Assembly (NCBI RefSeq): GCF_009914755.1
Contig: NC_060925.1
Strand: one strand, 5' to 3'
DNA from: the human T2T-CHM13v2.0 reference genome, Homo sapiens
Length of the DNA stretch: 64,000 bases
Below, one piece after another: positions 1 through 14,597 of the stretch. Each line of letters starts with the position of its first letter. Position 1 is the stretch's first letter. The notes under the pieces are model-generated. The model did not search any database and was not told the origin of the DNA. It worked only from the letters and a program-made list of their open reading frames with translations. Both the position numbers and the translations under genes were made by a program.

Positions 1-1485
1 AAAAAACATTTTAAGAAAAGTTTAAACATATTTGTGTTTTTTAAAGGCTACCTTAGATACAAAATCATTGTCCTGAAATTTTACAGTTGGACTGAGGTGG
101 GGTATAGTATATCTCTTGGGTAAGCAGAGTATAGATGGCCTGAGAACAATTTGTTGCTCCTTCCTTTGCCACCTGCATATGTGAGGATAACATTCTTTTG
201 CCTGTATAGAAATGAAGTGTGCATTTAATTTTCAGTGTATGGGTATTCCCCTAGGAATCTCTCTAGTCCTAGCCATGATCACAATGTCTGAATCTACCAT
301 AACCAGCCCCCTCTCAGACCCATATACCCTGTCACATTCTCTGTAAGATACTCTCCACAGAATATGTCTCTAGCTCTGCTGGCACCTCCCTGGGGGTCTT
401 TACTAGCTTACTCCCAACTTGCCACTCCATGGAGCATACGTTGCTATACTTCCCACCCTGGACTGCATCCTGTATGCCTTGACTCTCAGGAGGTCCAGAC
501 TATGGGCATGATAACTAGCAACCACTATGGCGAGCAAGATTCCCACTGCACCAACAGTGGCTCTCCACCTGCTCTGGGAAACATTCTTCCTTAGGCACTG
601 GGAATGAGCACCCTTTTCAGGTAAAATACCACCCACTAAATACAGGGGTGTCACTATCTTCTCACAGGCCCATCCATAAAAGAGTAGCATAAAGATAGTA
701 ATTAAATTATTTAACATTTTCTGATATTTTTGTTATTATTCTAAGTACTTTATACAATTAATTTATCTGACATTATTTAACCTTCAAAACAACTCTATAA
801 GGCAGTTACTATTTTATTTTATTAAATTTACAAAAATAATAATTTTTTTATTTAATAAAATCCCCCATTTTATTTACTTTTTAATTAATTTTATAGAGAT
901 GAGATTTCACTCTGTTGCCCAGGATGGTCTTGAACTGTCTCTATTATCTTCTAATCTTGACTTTTTTCCTTATACGCTACAATACTCCAATGAATATTCT
1001 TGTTGATTTTTTTTTTCACACCTAAGTGTTTCTATTGGATGTATTTTTTGAAATGGAATTTTTAGGTGATAAGGCTTACAAATTTCAAATGTTTAATAGA
1101 TAGTGCCTAAATCCCCTTCAAAAATGTTTGCCAATTTATAACCCCATTATTTGTGTTCCATTTTTGAAAGATATAAATATGTGTGCAAATCAACTGCTCC
1201 GCATGGGTAGTTCCTTACAATTTCTGTAATGGAAAACATAGAGGGAAAACTACTTGCAGTTTCAGTGGGAGAAAAGGTTCCCGTTTCAAGAAAAGAAAAT
1301 TTCAGTAGGAGAAAATATTGTGAAAAACAAGGTAATTTTCTACTTTAAGTTTCTGTCCTATGGGTATAAAAAATAGCTGGACATTATCTTCTTCCCAGGC
1401 TCTTCTCCCCTCTTCTCCGTCAGGCTGCATTGCTGGTCATTTTTGGCTCCTGTTGGAAGCAAACTGCTCTAATGCCTTTGGATAA

Positions 1486-1813
<328 letters not shown>

Positions 1814-1928
1814 GACCAGGAATTATCTTAAACAGAAAAAGAATACTCTAAGGAGGGGTATACCGGCCAGCAGAACAGTAACCCCTCCCCGGGGTTTTCA
1901 CAAGGACACAAGCTGGTGTGTAATAGAC

Positions 1929-2044
1929 TTATCTATAAAGCAGACTCAACTCCTAACTGGAATTGTTCCTGATTGGTTAGCAGAAACAGAATTGAGGACT
2001 GACGACAGCTGCACAAGAAGATGAAACCATTTCCTTCCTCTTTT
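1929..2044 (+). promoter_or_regulatory. FCGR2A: FCGR2A proximal promoter elements (GATA, inverted CCAAT, PU.1/ETS)
   Basis: TTATCT 1929-1934, ATTGG 1972-1976 and TTCCTTCCTCTTTT 2031-2044 (AAAAGAGGAAGGAA on -, PU.1-like) just upstream of the ATG at 2091. Confidence 0.5.
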
Positions 2045-2090
2045 CTAAGCTTGTCTCTTAAAACCCACTGGACGTTGGCACAGTGCTGGG

Positions 2091-2175
2091 ATGACTATGG
2101 AGACCCAAATGTCTCAGAATGTATGTCCCAGAAACCTGTGGCTGCTTCAACCATTGACAGTTTTGCTGCTGCTGG
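2091..2175 (+). CDS. FCGR2A: FCGR2A coding exon 1 (signal peptide S1)
   Basis: ATG 2091, MTMETQMSQNVCPRNLWLLQPLTVLLLL, donor GTGAGT at 2176; this leader is FCGR2A-specific. Confidence 0.97.
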
Positions 2176-2609
2176 GTGAGTGAGGGTCATTCTGAAATGG
2201 GGCAATTTCAGACACTCCTACTGCCTGGACTCCAGGTACCAGTGTGGTAAGGAGCAGGCCTGGGCCCTGGAAGCAGGGGATAGATTGAAAGAGGAGAGAG
2301 GACCCTGAATTCTTAAGTGTTCCAATGGTTCCTAAGGTCAGAACTCAGAGGTAGTTTCATAGTCCCTGGAAAGTCCATTCTGCACCAAACATTCATGTGT
2401 ACTTTGTAGTCATGAGGAGGAACAGGAAATGAGATAAAGGGGACATATGAAGTGAATACTTTTATAAAAGATCAACTGGAAACAGGATCTTGAGATGGGT
2501 CCTGGAGAAGGAAGAGCCCAAGCTCACCTCCCCAGCATTTCACATACGCAGCTAAATTTGAAGCCGTGTTCTCCTGCTCGACGTTGATCCACTCTCTTCT
2601 CTTTTACAG

Positions 2610-2630
2610 CTTCTGCAGACAGTCAAGCTG
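2610..2630 (+). CDS. FCGR2A: FCGR2A exon 2 (21-nt S2 mini-exon)
   Basis: ttttacag|CTTCTGCAGACAGTCAAGCTG|gtgagt, encodes (A)SADSQA. Confidence 0.95.
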
Positions 2631-2956
2631 GTGAGTATGCCCTTTGCTTCCTTGTATTGACAGTGTTGTATCCTCATAATATGATGCTGTGTTTGCTGGG
2701 GCGGCGGAGGGGTATGTCTATTCCACTGAAAATCAAGCTTGGGTTCAGCATGGGCAGTTCCCCCATTTTAGTGGGGTCTGGGATTTGCTTCTTAGATCCA
2801 CTGAAGACCCAAGGGAATGAGGCCGCTGCAAGTACAGATCTTGAACTACATCTACAATAGGACTCTTGGGTGCCTGACCTCCCTTGGGAGCTCCTTTGGC
2901 ATCCACAGTCCCTTCAGGGTTATTTATTCCACACCCCTTTCCACTCTGCCCCTCAG

Positions 2957-3214
2957 CAGCTCCCCCAAAGGCTGTGCTGAAACTTGAGCCCCCGTGGATC
3001 AACGTGCTCCAGGAGGACTCTGTGACTCTGACATGCCAGGGGGCTCGCAGCCCTGAGAGCGACTCCATTCAGTGGTTCCACAATGGGAATCTCATTCCCA
3101 CCCACACGCAGCCCAGCTACAGGTTCAAGGCCAACAACAATGACAGCGGGGAGTACACGTGCCAGACTGGCCAGACCAGCCTCAGCGACCCTGTGCATCT
3201 GACTGTGCTTTCCG
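2957..3214 (+). CDS. FCGR2A: FCGR2A exon 3 (Ig domain EC1)
   Basis: [27 protein letters not shown]...DPVHLTVLS; CAGCAG tandem acceptor; GT at 3215. Confidence 0.97.
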
Positions 3215-3859
3215 GTCAGTGGAGGAAGGCCCCAGGGTGGACCTGGGAGGGCCAGGACGGATGAAATCTGTTTACAGACAGAGGTTTGCAGGAAAGAGTG
3301 GGCGTGGACTGCTTACTGGGAAGCACTGTTGTGAGTTGCTCATTCATTCCCCATTTCACCCACCCTCTTTGCTTAGCATGCGTGGTGGGGGAAGGGGGAA
3401 TTTCTAATAATTTTCTCAGCATGTGTTAGGTTGTTTTTGCCTCAGTCTTGATTGAGCAAGGGGGTTACGAGGCCACAAACAGCTGAGTGTGGGAGAAGCA
3501 GAAGGAAATCCCTACTTTAAAAAACTACCCTCCTCCTGTGGCAATGCGGTAAAGCAGAGAGGTTGGGGGAAATAGACCTCTAAAGGCTCTAAGGCAGGAG
3601 GCTGCCAGACAGGTGTGTGGAGGTGGGAGTGTAGAATTCAGTCTGGAAGATGAGGTCAGAGGTGAGGGGAGGGTGAAGGGTAGATCAGGCAGAGGCTGAT
3701 AGGCTGTTGCAACTATTTTGACTTTTATTCCTGAGTGAGTTGAGATGGCTTTAATTAAAGGAGTCACGTGATCTGATTTAGCTTTATGTAAACATCTGAC
3801 AGTGTTCAGTTTAATAGAGTCTGTAGAGAAAATGCTTCTAGATAGTATTTCTTTTTTTT

Positions 3860-4109
<250 letters not shown>

Positions 4110-4280
4110 TGAGCTGCACTCTTGGTGCATAAACCCTGGAGATGGTCACAGGTAAACATTCAGTGTTTTAGATTCTCCTGTTCAACACTGAAAGGGTGAT
4201 TTGTTTTTGTGGTCCTTTAAGGCTGCTGCTGTACCAGAGAGATCCTGGCTGTGGAGTCGCTTTCTGTTGATGGTGCTTTA

Positions 4281-4765
<485 letters not shown>

Positions 4766-4930
4766 CTACCTAGTCCCACCTATCCATTGTACAAAGAAAT
4801 GCAACTGATTAGACCCAAGAGCTCAGCAGTTAATGGCACAGCCAAAATCGCAATCCTGACTTTAGTTTCTGTTTTATGCCATCTCAGTAATGGTACCTGG
4901 CCTTTCATATACAGAATACTTTTTTTTTTT

Positions 4931-5244
<314 letters not shown>

Positions 5245-5585
5245 TTAAATGAATTTTTATTTAAATAAGATCGAATAAATTATATTTATTCCTATGATAC
5301 AGCAATTTGATTTTCATCTTTATTAAGTCTATTGAAACTTTGTTAATAGATTTGTCCTCCGAGGTAGCTGAATTTTGGAATCTGATTACTCTGCCATCAG
5401 TGAAGGGAAGGAATTGTTGGGAGTGAGGATGTTTGTAGGCAAAAAGGAAAAAGTGATTTTAAATTTAAAATTTTTCTTGAATGCCCCTTTTATTCAGAGT
5501 CACAAATGAATACTGAATTCACCTGTGTGAATTCAAGTCATGCCTTTTTATTTCTTATGTGGATGGAAGATTTTATGCAGGGTAT

Positions 5586-5937
5586 AGTATGGTCTGAATG
5601 TTTCTGTGCCCCCAAAATTCATATGATATGAATTAATCAAATAACAACCCCCAGGGTGATGGTATTAGGAGGTGAGGTCTTTGGGTAGGTGACTAGGTCA
5701 TGAGGGCAGAGCCCTTATAAAAGAGGGCCGAGGGAGCTCAAAGGCCTCTTCCGCCATGTGAGGACACAGTAAGAAGCCTCAGTTCTGTGAACCAAGAAGT
5801 AGGCTCTTATCAAAGAAGCTGTAAGCACCTTGATCTTGGACTTTCCAGCCCCCAGAACAGGGAGAAATAAATTTCTGTTGTTTATAAACCACCCAGTTTA
5901 TAGCATTTTGTTATAGCAGCCAGAACAGACTAAGACA
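5586..5937 (+). mobile_element. MaLR LTR (MLT1A/B-like)
   Basis: TATGGTCTGAATGT...TTGTTATAGCAGCCAGAACAGACTAAGACA. Confidence 0.75.
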
Positions 5938-6442
5938 GGGTGGATGAGGGATGATTAAGGCTCTATTTTTTTTTTTTTTAACCAGCAACAGCATGTGGAA
6001 AAAAGGGGGGAAGAAGGCTCTACTTCTTTGCTAATACAGTTCAAGGCTGCCCACCCTCACTTCCCAAAGCTTGTACAAAATTTACCATTAAATTAGTAAT
6101 CCCCAGACCACAAAAACTGACGGCTTCAGGCCCTGTCGAGTAGCCTCTACAGTTACTGAAATGCGCTCATTTCTCTACTCAAACGTAGTATTTTAAATTC
6201 CTCAGAATTGTTTTAAATATCTGCTCTGCATCTTTGAAACCTCTGAAAACTTCTGCTTTTAGAAGTCCCACAGATATAATACCATATATTGCCTATAAGA
6301 GAATGCTCACATCTGTCATGAAGCATCTTCATTTCTGTCTGCCAGACATCATGTCAAGTTCTGTGAGTAACGTACCTCTGAGACTGAAAAACCCTTGGAA
6401 TCTATCCTTACAACTTTTTCTTATCATATTTGTGTCTTTCAG

Positions 6443-6697
6443 AATGGCTGGTGCTCCAGACCCCTCACCTGGAGTTCCAGGAGGGAGAAACCATCATGCT
6501 GAGGTGCCACAGCTGGAAGGACAAGCCTCTGGTCAAGGTCACATTCTTCCAGAATGGAAAATCCCAGAAATTCTCCCGTTTGGATCCCACCTTCTCCATC
6601 CCACAAGCAAACCACAGTCACAGTGGTGATTACCACTGCACAGGAAACATAGGCTACACGCTGTTCTCATCCAAGCCTGTGACCATCACTGTCCAAG
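6443..6697 (+). CDS. FCGR2A: FCGR2A exon 4 (Ig domain EC2), Arg131 allele
   Basis: [22 protein letters not shown]...KFSRLDP...VTITVQ; AG 6441-6442, GT 6698; CGT codon at 6577-6579. Confidence 0.97.
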
Positions 6698-7456
6698 GTA
6701 TGGGGAGTCTGCCAAGATGTAGGGAGGGGAGAAGAGGGGATGGACAAGGGCTGAGGTCACATGGGCCTACATGGAGGTCTGAGAAAGCCCATAGCAGCAA
6801 AATTGGGCACTGGAGCAAAGAGGAGTGGGGTGGAAGCCTGGCTAAGTATTGACCAACAAGTAGGGGCCAGAGCTTGGAGCCCTCACGTCCCAGGTAATAG
6901 GTAGTCAGGCTGTTGTTTCACTTTGAAATGTAGGCCCCAGACTAAAGATGGCAGTGAAGCAGAGCTCCCTCATTGATGCAGAGGTTCCCTAAGCTCCTGG
7001 GCATTCCTAAGAGCTGAGGTTTGCCTCGTTTCTTCTCATGGCTCATGTTATAGCCATTCACTCCAGAAAGCCTGGCACGTCATGGACTGTTCAAGGCTGT
7101 GCTCCATAGAGTAATGATGCCTCCAGCTATGCGAGGCTTTGGGCCCACCCTCCGTACTGTCCCCAGGGGCTAAGGGGAATCCTTCCCTCTGCTCCTGCAT
7201 GCTCACCAGTGTGCTTTCATTCATTTGGTGGAGAAACCTGGGTAGGGAGGAGGCACAAGTCCAGCCACAGAAACCCTGTGCCAGTGAGGCTGGGGATGTG
7301 GTGAATCTTGCATTGGTGAGTGACTCAGACACAGAAGAGCTTCAGGTGACAAGCACTGGGACATAGCATTGGAGGTGGGAGGTGGGACAGGGAGAATACA
7401 AACGTTGTCATTAAAATAGTAACCCCCCATCCTGCCCTAATGTCTGTCTTCCCTAG

Positions 7457-7579
7457 TGCCCAGCATGGGCAGCTCTTCACCAATGGGGATCATTGTGGCT
7501 GTGGTCATTGCGACTGCTGTAGCAGCCATTGTTGCTGCTGTAGTGGCCTTGATCTACTGCAGGAAAAAGCGGATTTCAG
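7457..7579 (+). CDS. FCGR2A: FCGR2A exon 5 (transmembrane)
   Basis: (V)PSMGSSSPMGIIVAVVIATAVAAIVAAVVALIYCRKKRIS; AG/GT boundaries; cumulative CDS 742 nt. Confidence 0.96.
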
Positions 7580-8388
7580 GTTTGTAGCTCCTCCCAGTCC
7601 CTTTTGTTATCAGTTTCCATTTGGCCCAGGGCCTAACCCCAGACATTGCCAGAATCCCGCTCTTAGGGCTAGATATGCATTCCGATCTAGGCCCACCTTT
7701 TATTTATTAGTTCATTTATTAGTTCATCCTCAACAAGAGCACTAATAGGAGTCACCTCACAGGGTTGCCATGGGGATGAAAGAGGCTGATGCTCTTACAC
7801 CAGTGCCTGGTAGGCAGTAACAGCACACAAACAGGGCTGTTGCCATTCTGGAGGAGGTGGTATGTGAGAGCAGCGCTTAGCTAGGGAAGGAGGACTCTCC
7901 AGGCACTGGGCCAAGGCAGGGACTGAGGCTGGGTGGGGCTTATATGAGGGGGGAGTAGATAGGGTACTGCAAGCCTCTGAGAAAGAGAAATAATCCCACT
8001 AACACCTCACAAAGCACTTTGCAATTGGTTCATAGCCAACACCTCAGTTACTGATGATAAGTAAATACAGAGAAACAGAGAGAGAGAGAGGCAGACTGTG
8101 AGACACAGGGGTGTTTTTAAAAGGCAGAGCAAGCCTCAGACAGATGCCATGGCGTGGCCTTTCTGACACTCCTGGGCGTCCCCATGGGTGAGCTGAATTC
8201 TGCCTCTGGACTAGCCCTTTTCCAGGTGGGAGCAGCCCCTGAGCAGGGGAACTGGGGGTGGGAGGACAGGAAACATCTGCCAGAGGGAAGGCCTGAGCTG
8301 GTCCCATCCAATCCTGGCCCTGGTCCTTGGTCCTGAGGACTCAGGCCCCACTGCCTAATCCTGCTAACCTCCTGTGTGTCCCTCCCAG

Positions 8389-8445
8389 CTCTCTCAGGAG
8401 ACCCTGAGTGCAGGGAAATGGGAGAGACCCTCCCTGAGAAACCAG
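8389..8445 (+). other. FCGR2A: FCGR2A cryptic 57-nt exon (C1*/exon 6*), homolog of the FCGR2B1 insert
   Basis: cccag|CTCTCTCAGG...GAAACCAG|gtgaat; encodes ALSGDPECREMGETLPEKP; weak donor with A at +5. Confidence 0.88.
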
Positions 8446-9896
8446 GTGAATACAGAGTTGTCTCAGGGATTCAGTGATGGCTCACCAGGGCTGCCGGCTG
8501 GACCTGAGCCAGCGAGAAGGGGCTTGTGCGAGTTCAGCTGGGAGCCAGGGAGGGAGCAGCGATGGGGGGATGGCCAGGGCTCAAATCGCTTGGTCAACTC
8601 TGAGTCTAATTTCTGGGCCTAAAGAGGACCTCGCTGGAGATGAGAAGAGAAACACCAGTCCCAGATACAGAGGAGAGGGCGGTGTTCAAATTTCTAGGAC
8701 CAGGAATCTGGTGATATTTCCAGAGCAAGAAATCAGAGATACTTTGGTCTTTCTGTGGAGCTTTGGCAGAGCTGGCAGAGGATGGGGTTAGGGGCTGTAA
8801 GACTGAGGCCAATCGGACGTGGGAGGCAGGAGTCTAAGGGGAAAGGAGGAGGAGGCCTGGAAACCCCTCAATTTGCTGAGGAATCTGCCTCTGTGGAGGG
8901 ATGGGGTGGAGTGGCCAGGCTCAGCTGTCTGTGGAACACTAAGAGGAGGTTTGGGCTTGAGAAAATTCTGGGGGGCTAGGGGCACTAGTGGGCTCTACTC
9001 TGTGGGCAAAGCTCGGTTCCAATGCCCATGCACTCAAGGTTGACTGAATTTTGGCCTGGTTCTGCCCCCATCACACAGTGGAGCCCTGAGCAAGTCAGTC
9101 TCCCTGATGGGGTTCAGTCTCCTCACTGAGGAAATGAGTGGGTGGCCAGGGTGACCTCTCAGGCCTTCTAGGTCTGACATTCAGGTGGGAGTATGTAAAG
9201 GAACTTCCAGGAGGATGCCAGGCAACTTCCAGACTGTAGTTAAAGTCAGAGCATAAAGGAAACCAGTGCTTTCTCTGGGGGCTTCCATGACAGTAGGAAC
9301 AGGCAGGAAAAAGGCTGTCAAAGACCGCACCTCAGATGGCTGGAGTATGATTCAGAGCAGAGCCAACAGATTTAAGAGCTTGAGCAAAATATCACTTGTT
9401 CAGCTGTGCTTGCAGCAAGGTTGCACGTCCACTGGCCAGGCCCAGTGGTGATAGGGGCCTGTGTTCACACCAGGGCCAAAGCAGATCTGGAAAATACAAA
9501 GTCCAAGCAACTGGATTATCCGTCTTGTTGTGTGGTTCTGTCTACACTGGCATAAGCACACTTCACGAGGCACTTTTGCAGCCAGGCATGGGGGCTGCAT
9601 AAATGGTTTTTTAAAAATCCTTTCGCAAAAGGCAAAGCTGGGTTGCTGGAATTGTTGGGGAATGTATTAGAATGGGAATTCAGAATGTGGTTTGCTGCAG
9701 AATTTACAGCATGGCAATAAAGGCTCTCTGTGTTCAGGGGGTGAGAGAAGAGACTAGATGCATTGTGTCAGATGTCTCCCGACTTCCTGAGAAATGCCAC
9801 TTTGCAAATACTGGGGCTACTTTTCACACTGGCCAAGTCAGTTTATGACAAAAACATGAGGCAATTAGGTGTGTTTTGGACACTAACCAGAGAAAG

Positions 9897-10026
9897 TCCT
9901 TCCTTCCCTCCCTTCCTCCCTCCCTCCTTCCCTCCCTCTCTCCCTTCCTGCCTTCCTTCCTTCCCCCTTCCCTCCCTCCCTTTCTCCCTCCCTAAGCTCC
10001 CTCCCTGCCTCTCTTTTTCTCTCTCA
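9897..10026. repeat. CT-rich (CCTT/CCCT)n simple repeat
   Basis: Near-pure polypyrimidine tract of about 130 nt. Confidence 0.9.
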
Positions 10027-10517
10027 TGTTACTTTCTCTTTCTGTCTTCCTTTTTAATGCCATGGAGTACTATATTCTTCAAAGTTCCAACAAAGATGCA
10101 CTACATTTGGACAATGTGGAAATGGCCCTCAGCCTTCTCTTCCTGATGTGGTCAGCAAAAATCTGGACTTTACTTCACTCTGATGCTGAACACCCTGCTC
10201 CACGTCTTCCCCAGTATCTCAGATCCCCAAGCTGTCTGGTTTGCTTCTAGGAAAGCTCAGCAATTCCCTGAAAAGAGTGTGGCCCAAGTGACTGCTTCCC
10301 TCCACCAGTGTGGCCCATGGGGAAGGCTTGTGGCTGGGTGACCCCAAGGGTGGGTACATGAGGCCATATTTACTTAGCCCTTGGCCTTACAGGACTGTGT
10401 CAAGGGGTCAGCAGTCCTTGCTTTGAGTCTGGTTATGGTTTTGCAGCCTCAGCATCAGCGTGGGCAGGCCCTTTTCAACAGCAGTGCCCTGGCTAATCTT
10501 TTTCTTTTTCCCCACAG

Positions 10518-10555
10518 CCAATTCCACTGATCCTGTGAAGGCTGCCCAATTTGAG
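10518..10555 (+). CDS. FCGR2A: FCGR2A exon 6 (cytoplasmic, 38 nt)
   Basis: ccacag|CCAATTCC...TTTGAG|gtgagt, (A)NSTDPVKAAQFE. Confidence 0.95.
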
Positions 10556-10627
10556 GTGAGTAATCCCAGCCATCTCCTTTTCCTCCTGCCTTGTCCCTTC
10601 TCTCCTGTTTCCTCTCATTTTTGCCTT

Positions 10628-11092
10628 TGTTAATGCAAAATTAAAATGGAGACTGGGCCTGAAAACTCCTGAGCAAACAAAGCCACCCAGGCCTTAGAAA
10701 TAGCCTTATCATTGCTTAAACTGCAAACATAAGTGAAACTCAAGTTGGATTGTAACTAAAAATAGGTAATACTTAACTTGGATCATTTCTGGTAAATGTT
10801 TATGTTAGACAGAAATAAGATTTAACCCTAGCCAATCGTAAGCAGCCAACTAACATAATTATGTGACTAAGAACACTTCAATAAGGTACCTCACCCAAAA
10901 GACAATTATGTAACTGCAAACCTATCAAATTTCTTTATTTTTCTTCCACATTTTCCCAATTAATACTTGTCTCTGACTTTCTGTCATTAAAACATTAGAC
11001 CTCTTTTTGTTTGGTGTCACCCAATTCATGAATTGCTTCTTATTCAAATGAACTCTTTAAAATTGTATTGTGCCTTAGATTTTTCTTTAACA
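10628..11092 (+). mobile_element. 5' LTR of the intragenic ERV
   Basis: TGTTAATGCAAAATTAAAATGGAGACTGG...GATTTTTCTTTAACA, followed by the PBS. Confidence 0.85.
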
Positions 11093-13909
11093 GTTTGGTG
11101 TCAGAAGTAGGATATAAAGTAGAATCTCCCCCAAAGATCCCTAAGAGCAATGGGTGACCAGGCATAGGTACCCATTAAGCCCATTGTGTTCACTGGTTTC
11201 TTCCTGCATTTGTGAGTCACTAGGTAAGTCCCTCTCAGATATCAGGCTTGCAACTTGTGTCCTGAGCTCTCTGAGTTTATTTGAGTAATTTTATTTCTCA
11301 TTTGATTCAGCAGTTAATCTTGGTATTTGACAAGTTCATCTGTTTCCAACAGGAACTATACTAGGTCCAGTATAGTGTACTAGTTTCCAGACAAGGACTG
11401 ATTTCTGGATTGGGATCCAGAGGTCAAATTGGGTACTTGACAGATTGAACTAGGTGTTCAACAGAAACCGAACTGGGGGTCCAGTTGGAGTCCTCAGGTA
11501 GGTAAATTTCAGAAGGGCAAGATATTATGGCTTTGTCAGAATGTACAGAGTCTGGGACTCCTCCATCTGAAACACAGTGATTTCTATGTTCAGATAATAT
11601 GGGCCCAGAACCTGTGACTTTCTAGAGAAATAGGTGTGCCTTACCTATTGAGCCTTACCAGAGATGACTTAAAGTTGCAATGGTCACAGTGAGGATGTTT
11701 AAATCTAGAAAAAATTGTTCATTTAAGGGATGCATTGGGAAAAAATGAGATCCCAAATGTCTCAGAAACAATGATAAATAATTTTGATTGGTATGTAAAG
11801 GTTTCTAAAAGAATGATTTAAAAAAATAGTCTCTCTAAGTAAATCTTTACAATGTGCTAATAAGAAAGTATTCTAAACCTATTAACCTCTTTGATTGCTT
11901 GCTTTTTCCATCTGAACCTACTCAATGCTAACGTCCTTAAAAAATTAGATCCTCAAATGAGCCAGGAGTATCTACAACAACTAAATTTAACTCTTGTTAT
12001 TGCACACATGAACTATTATAAAAGCAACCACTAAGGCTAAAAATAATAAAAACTAATTGGAAATAGGCCAGATAAACTAGGTGTCTCGTTAGTCACTCAT
12101 TTAAAATTTAATCCAGTCTCAATAAGATTGACTCCTAATAATAGGTGAAAATGCCCCAAAACTCCTTCTTGGAGAAGCTTCGTACCCTTTCTCTGGGCCT
12201 TTGAGTTGTGTAAATGTTTTTAAAACACAAGCTTCAGCAAAATGACTCATCAAAAAGAAAAAAGGAGGAATTTTTTAGAAACAAACTGGCAAATGAAAAA
12301 TCTTAATAGTCCTCTCCACAAATATCAATAAAAAGTGCCAGCCATCAGAACAGCTAACTTTAACTAGAGGCTAGATCCAACTAATTAGTTTTATATTATT
12401 ATACCTGGCACATGGCTAAAATTTCAGAACAAAAGCCATGAATTTCTGTTTGCATCTTTCTGTATGTTTACATATATCTACACATGTGTATGCTATTTGT
12501 ACATAATATTATTCTACCTCCAGATGGTATTTATTAGAAACAGTATTAAAGGAGCTCAACTGGCCTAGAGAAAAATAAGCACTTATATAAATTACATATT
12601 TTCTCAGAAGAAAAGAACTTTGCCAAAATGCTTTTCAACTTCATATGACCTGAGTAATCTTTAATAAATGAGAATATTGGTATTAATGAAAGTGAATATT
12701 CCACCTAGTTTTACCCAAATAAGCTCATGTTGTCTGCTATACAATTTGTCAAAAAAATACCTTGAGATGACAGGTAGTTGGTTTTGTTAATATTATGTTT
12801 GCCACTTTAACTATGTTAAATGAAATGACAGGTATTCATTAAATATCTACACCATTTCCAGATAAGACAAACTACTAAAACAAAAATAAAAAAGTGTTCC
12901 ACTTATCTTTTTCTCTCTACCTGATTGTTTCAGAATTTGGAAACTCTTATTAAGTATTTTTATTTTCAATCTGGGTATTTGCATAGGTTCAATAAGAATC
13001 TATTCTCCTTGTAACAGGACATAATTGGGCAAGTCCTTGGCTTGGCTTCTTAGCCTAGAGAGGCTTTTAAAGGTCTAATCTGAGATTTCTCAATTACTAG
13101 ATAGTTTTTAAAAACTAAAGTTGACTGATAAAAAGTCAGTAAAGTCTCTTGGATATCACCAAAGCTGTGGCTAAAATATATTTTAAAATTACTGTTTTTA
13201 TTATACCTATATAAATAATCAGGTCAAATTTAATGAAACTAGATTTATTTTTGCAAAAAAGTTAACTTTGATTTTCGGTAAAAATGGAAAATAAAAATAT
13301 TTTTCTCCAGAATAAAAAAGATTATATTTTAGTAGAAAACTATTGTGCATCCATTGTCAAATTCTAGGCCTGTTCATTTTCTTTGAAGTTTTATTATCTC
13401 CCTATAAACCAGATTGACTCCTGAATTTTTGTTTTTTAGTTCCACTAGAAACTAAAACTGCCCTTTTCCAAAGCTCTGCAAACTGAAACTGGTGACTTTA
13501 AGCTTCAGAAAAATCACTGCAACAGAGCACTTATGCCTTAATGCCAATCTTAATGCCTGCTGCTATCTGGGTCACTCAGAGAGTTTACCAGAATGTTTAA
13601 TGAAATAACCAGAGACATTCAAATTGCAAACCAGTAAAGCACATCACATTGCAACTGCTATCTTCAGTCTACCATTTAAACTTGCCTCAAACTCACCTCT
13701 AGAAATTGTTTCACCTAGCTGCCCTCTAAACTCAAAAACTAAGATCATAATTTGCTCCAAATATTAACTTTGTTTTTTTAATAGAAGAATACTCTGAATT
13801 CCTTTCAAGCAATACAATCTAAAATGAGCAAGTTAGCCTCAATAGCACCCCAAAATAGAAGTTCTTGATATCTTAACAGCTTAACAAGGAGGAGCTTGTG
13901 TTCCTACTG

Positions 13910-14390
13910 ATGTCAAAAGAAATGGTTGAAGATCTCAGCTGGCTTTATGGTGATTCTAGAACTGGGCAACACTTGCCTCCTTAAATTAGAATAAGGTTTC
14001 CAATGAGTTACAGCAGAGGAGATTGGCTTCATAGACAGAAAAAGGTCTGAAGAAAGCAGAAACAAAGAATTTAAAGTGGATTGGCTATTTTAAAACTGGT
14101 TAAAGTTGCAAAAGACAGGAATAGGAAAACAGAATAATAAATAACTGGTTGGTTAACATCAGGTTACTCTTTTGTAAGGATGCCAATTGAAACTGGCCTG
14201 TTTGGGAAATTAGATTTTTAGGTTATTAGGTTATTATCTCTCTCTCCTGATTTTTCCAAAGGCCAGATAAGAATGTAGTTTCTGTTTGATGACTTGAAAC
14301 TTTATCATGGGTGATTCCACTTTGATTTTTAGTCTGTTCTGTTTGGGCCTAGTGCAGGAGCTTAGTGCAAAACAATAGCCTCCTAAAATT
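13910..14390 (-). mobile_element. Nested antisense LTR (MER31-like) interrupting the env remnant
   Basis: Ends GGGCCTAGTGCAGGAGCTTAGTGCAAAACAATAGCCTCCTAAAATTT, the reverse complement of a MER31-type LTR start; lies between the env ISD and TM remnants; boundaries approximate. Confidence 0.55.
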
Positions 14391-14597
14391 TAAAAGACTT
14401 TAAAGAACATACATGAGTTTTTCATCAGATAATATTTATTTGTATTCATTAATTTATTTGATTGGTTAAGTCTTGGCTCCCGAGAATCTTTGCTCAGAGG
14501 AATTTTTCAATCCTTGGCTATTATTCTCCTTATAGTTATTGTATTTACCTCCCCGGTGTATTGAATTATCCTATGGGTTTTAAATGCTTTCCTGCAG

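Noticed and set aside
11096-11113. Link between the ERV PBS and the tRNA-Leu(CAG) gene in this window
   Set aside because: The PBS fits Leu(CAA) better (17/18 versus 16/18), and priming uses cellular tRNA in trans, so proximity is coincidental.
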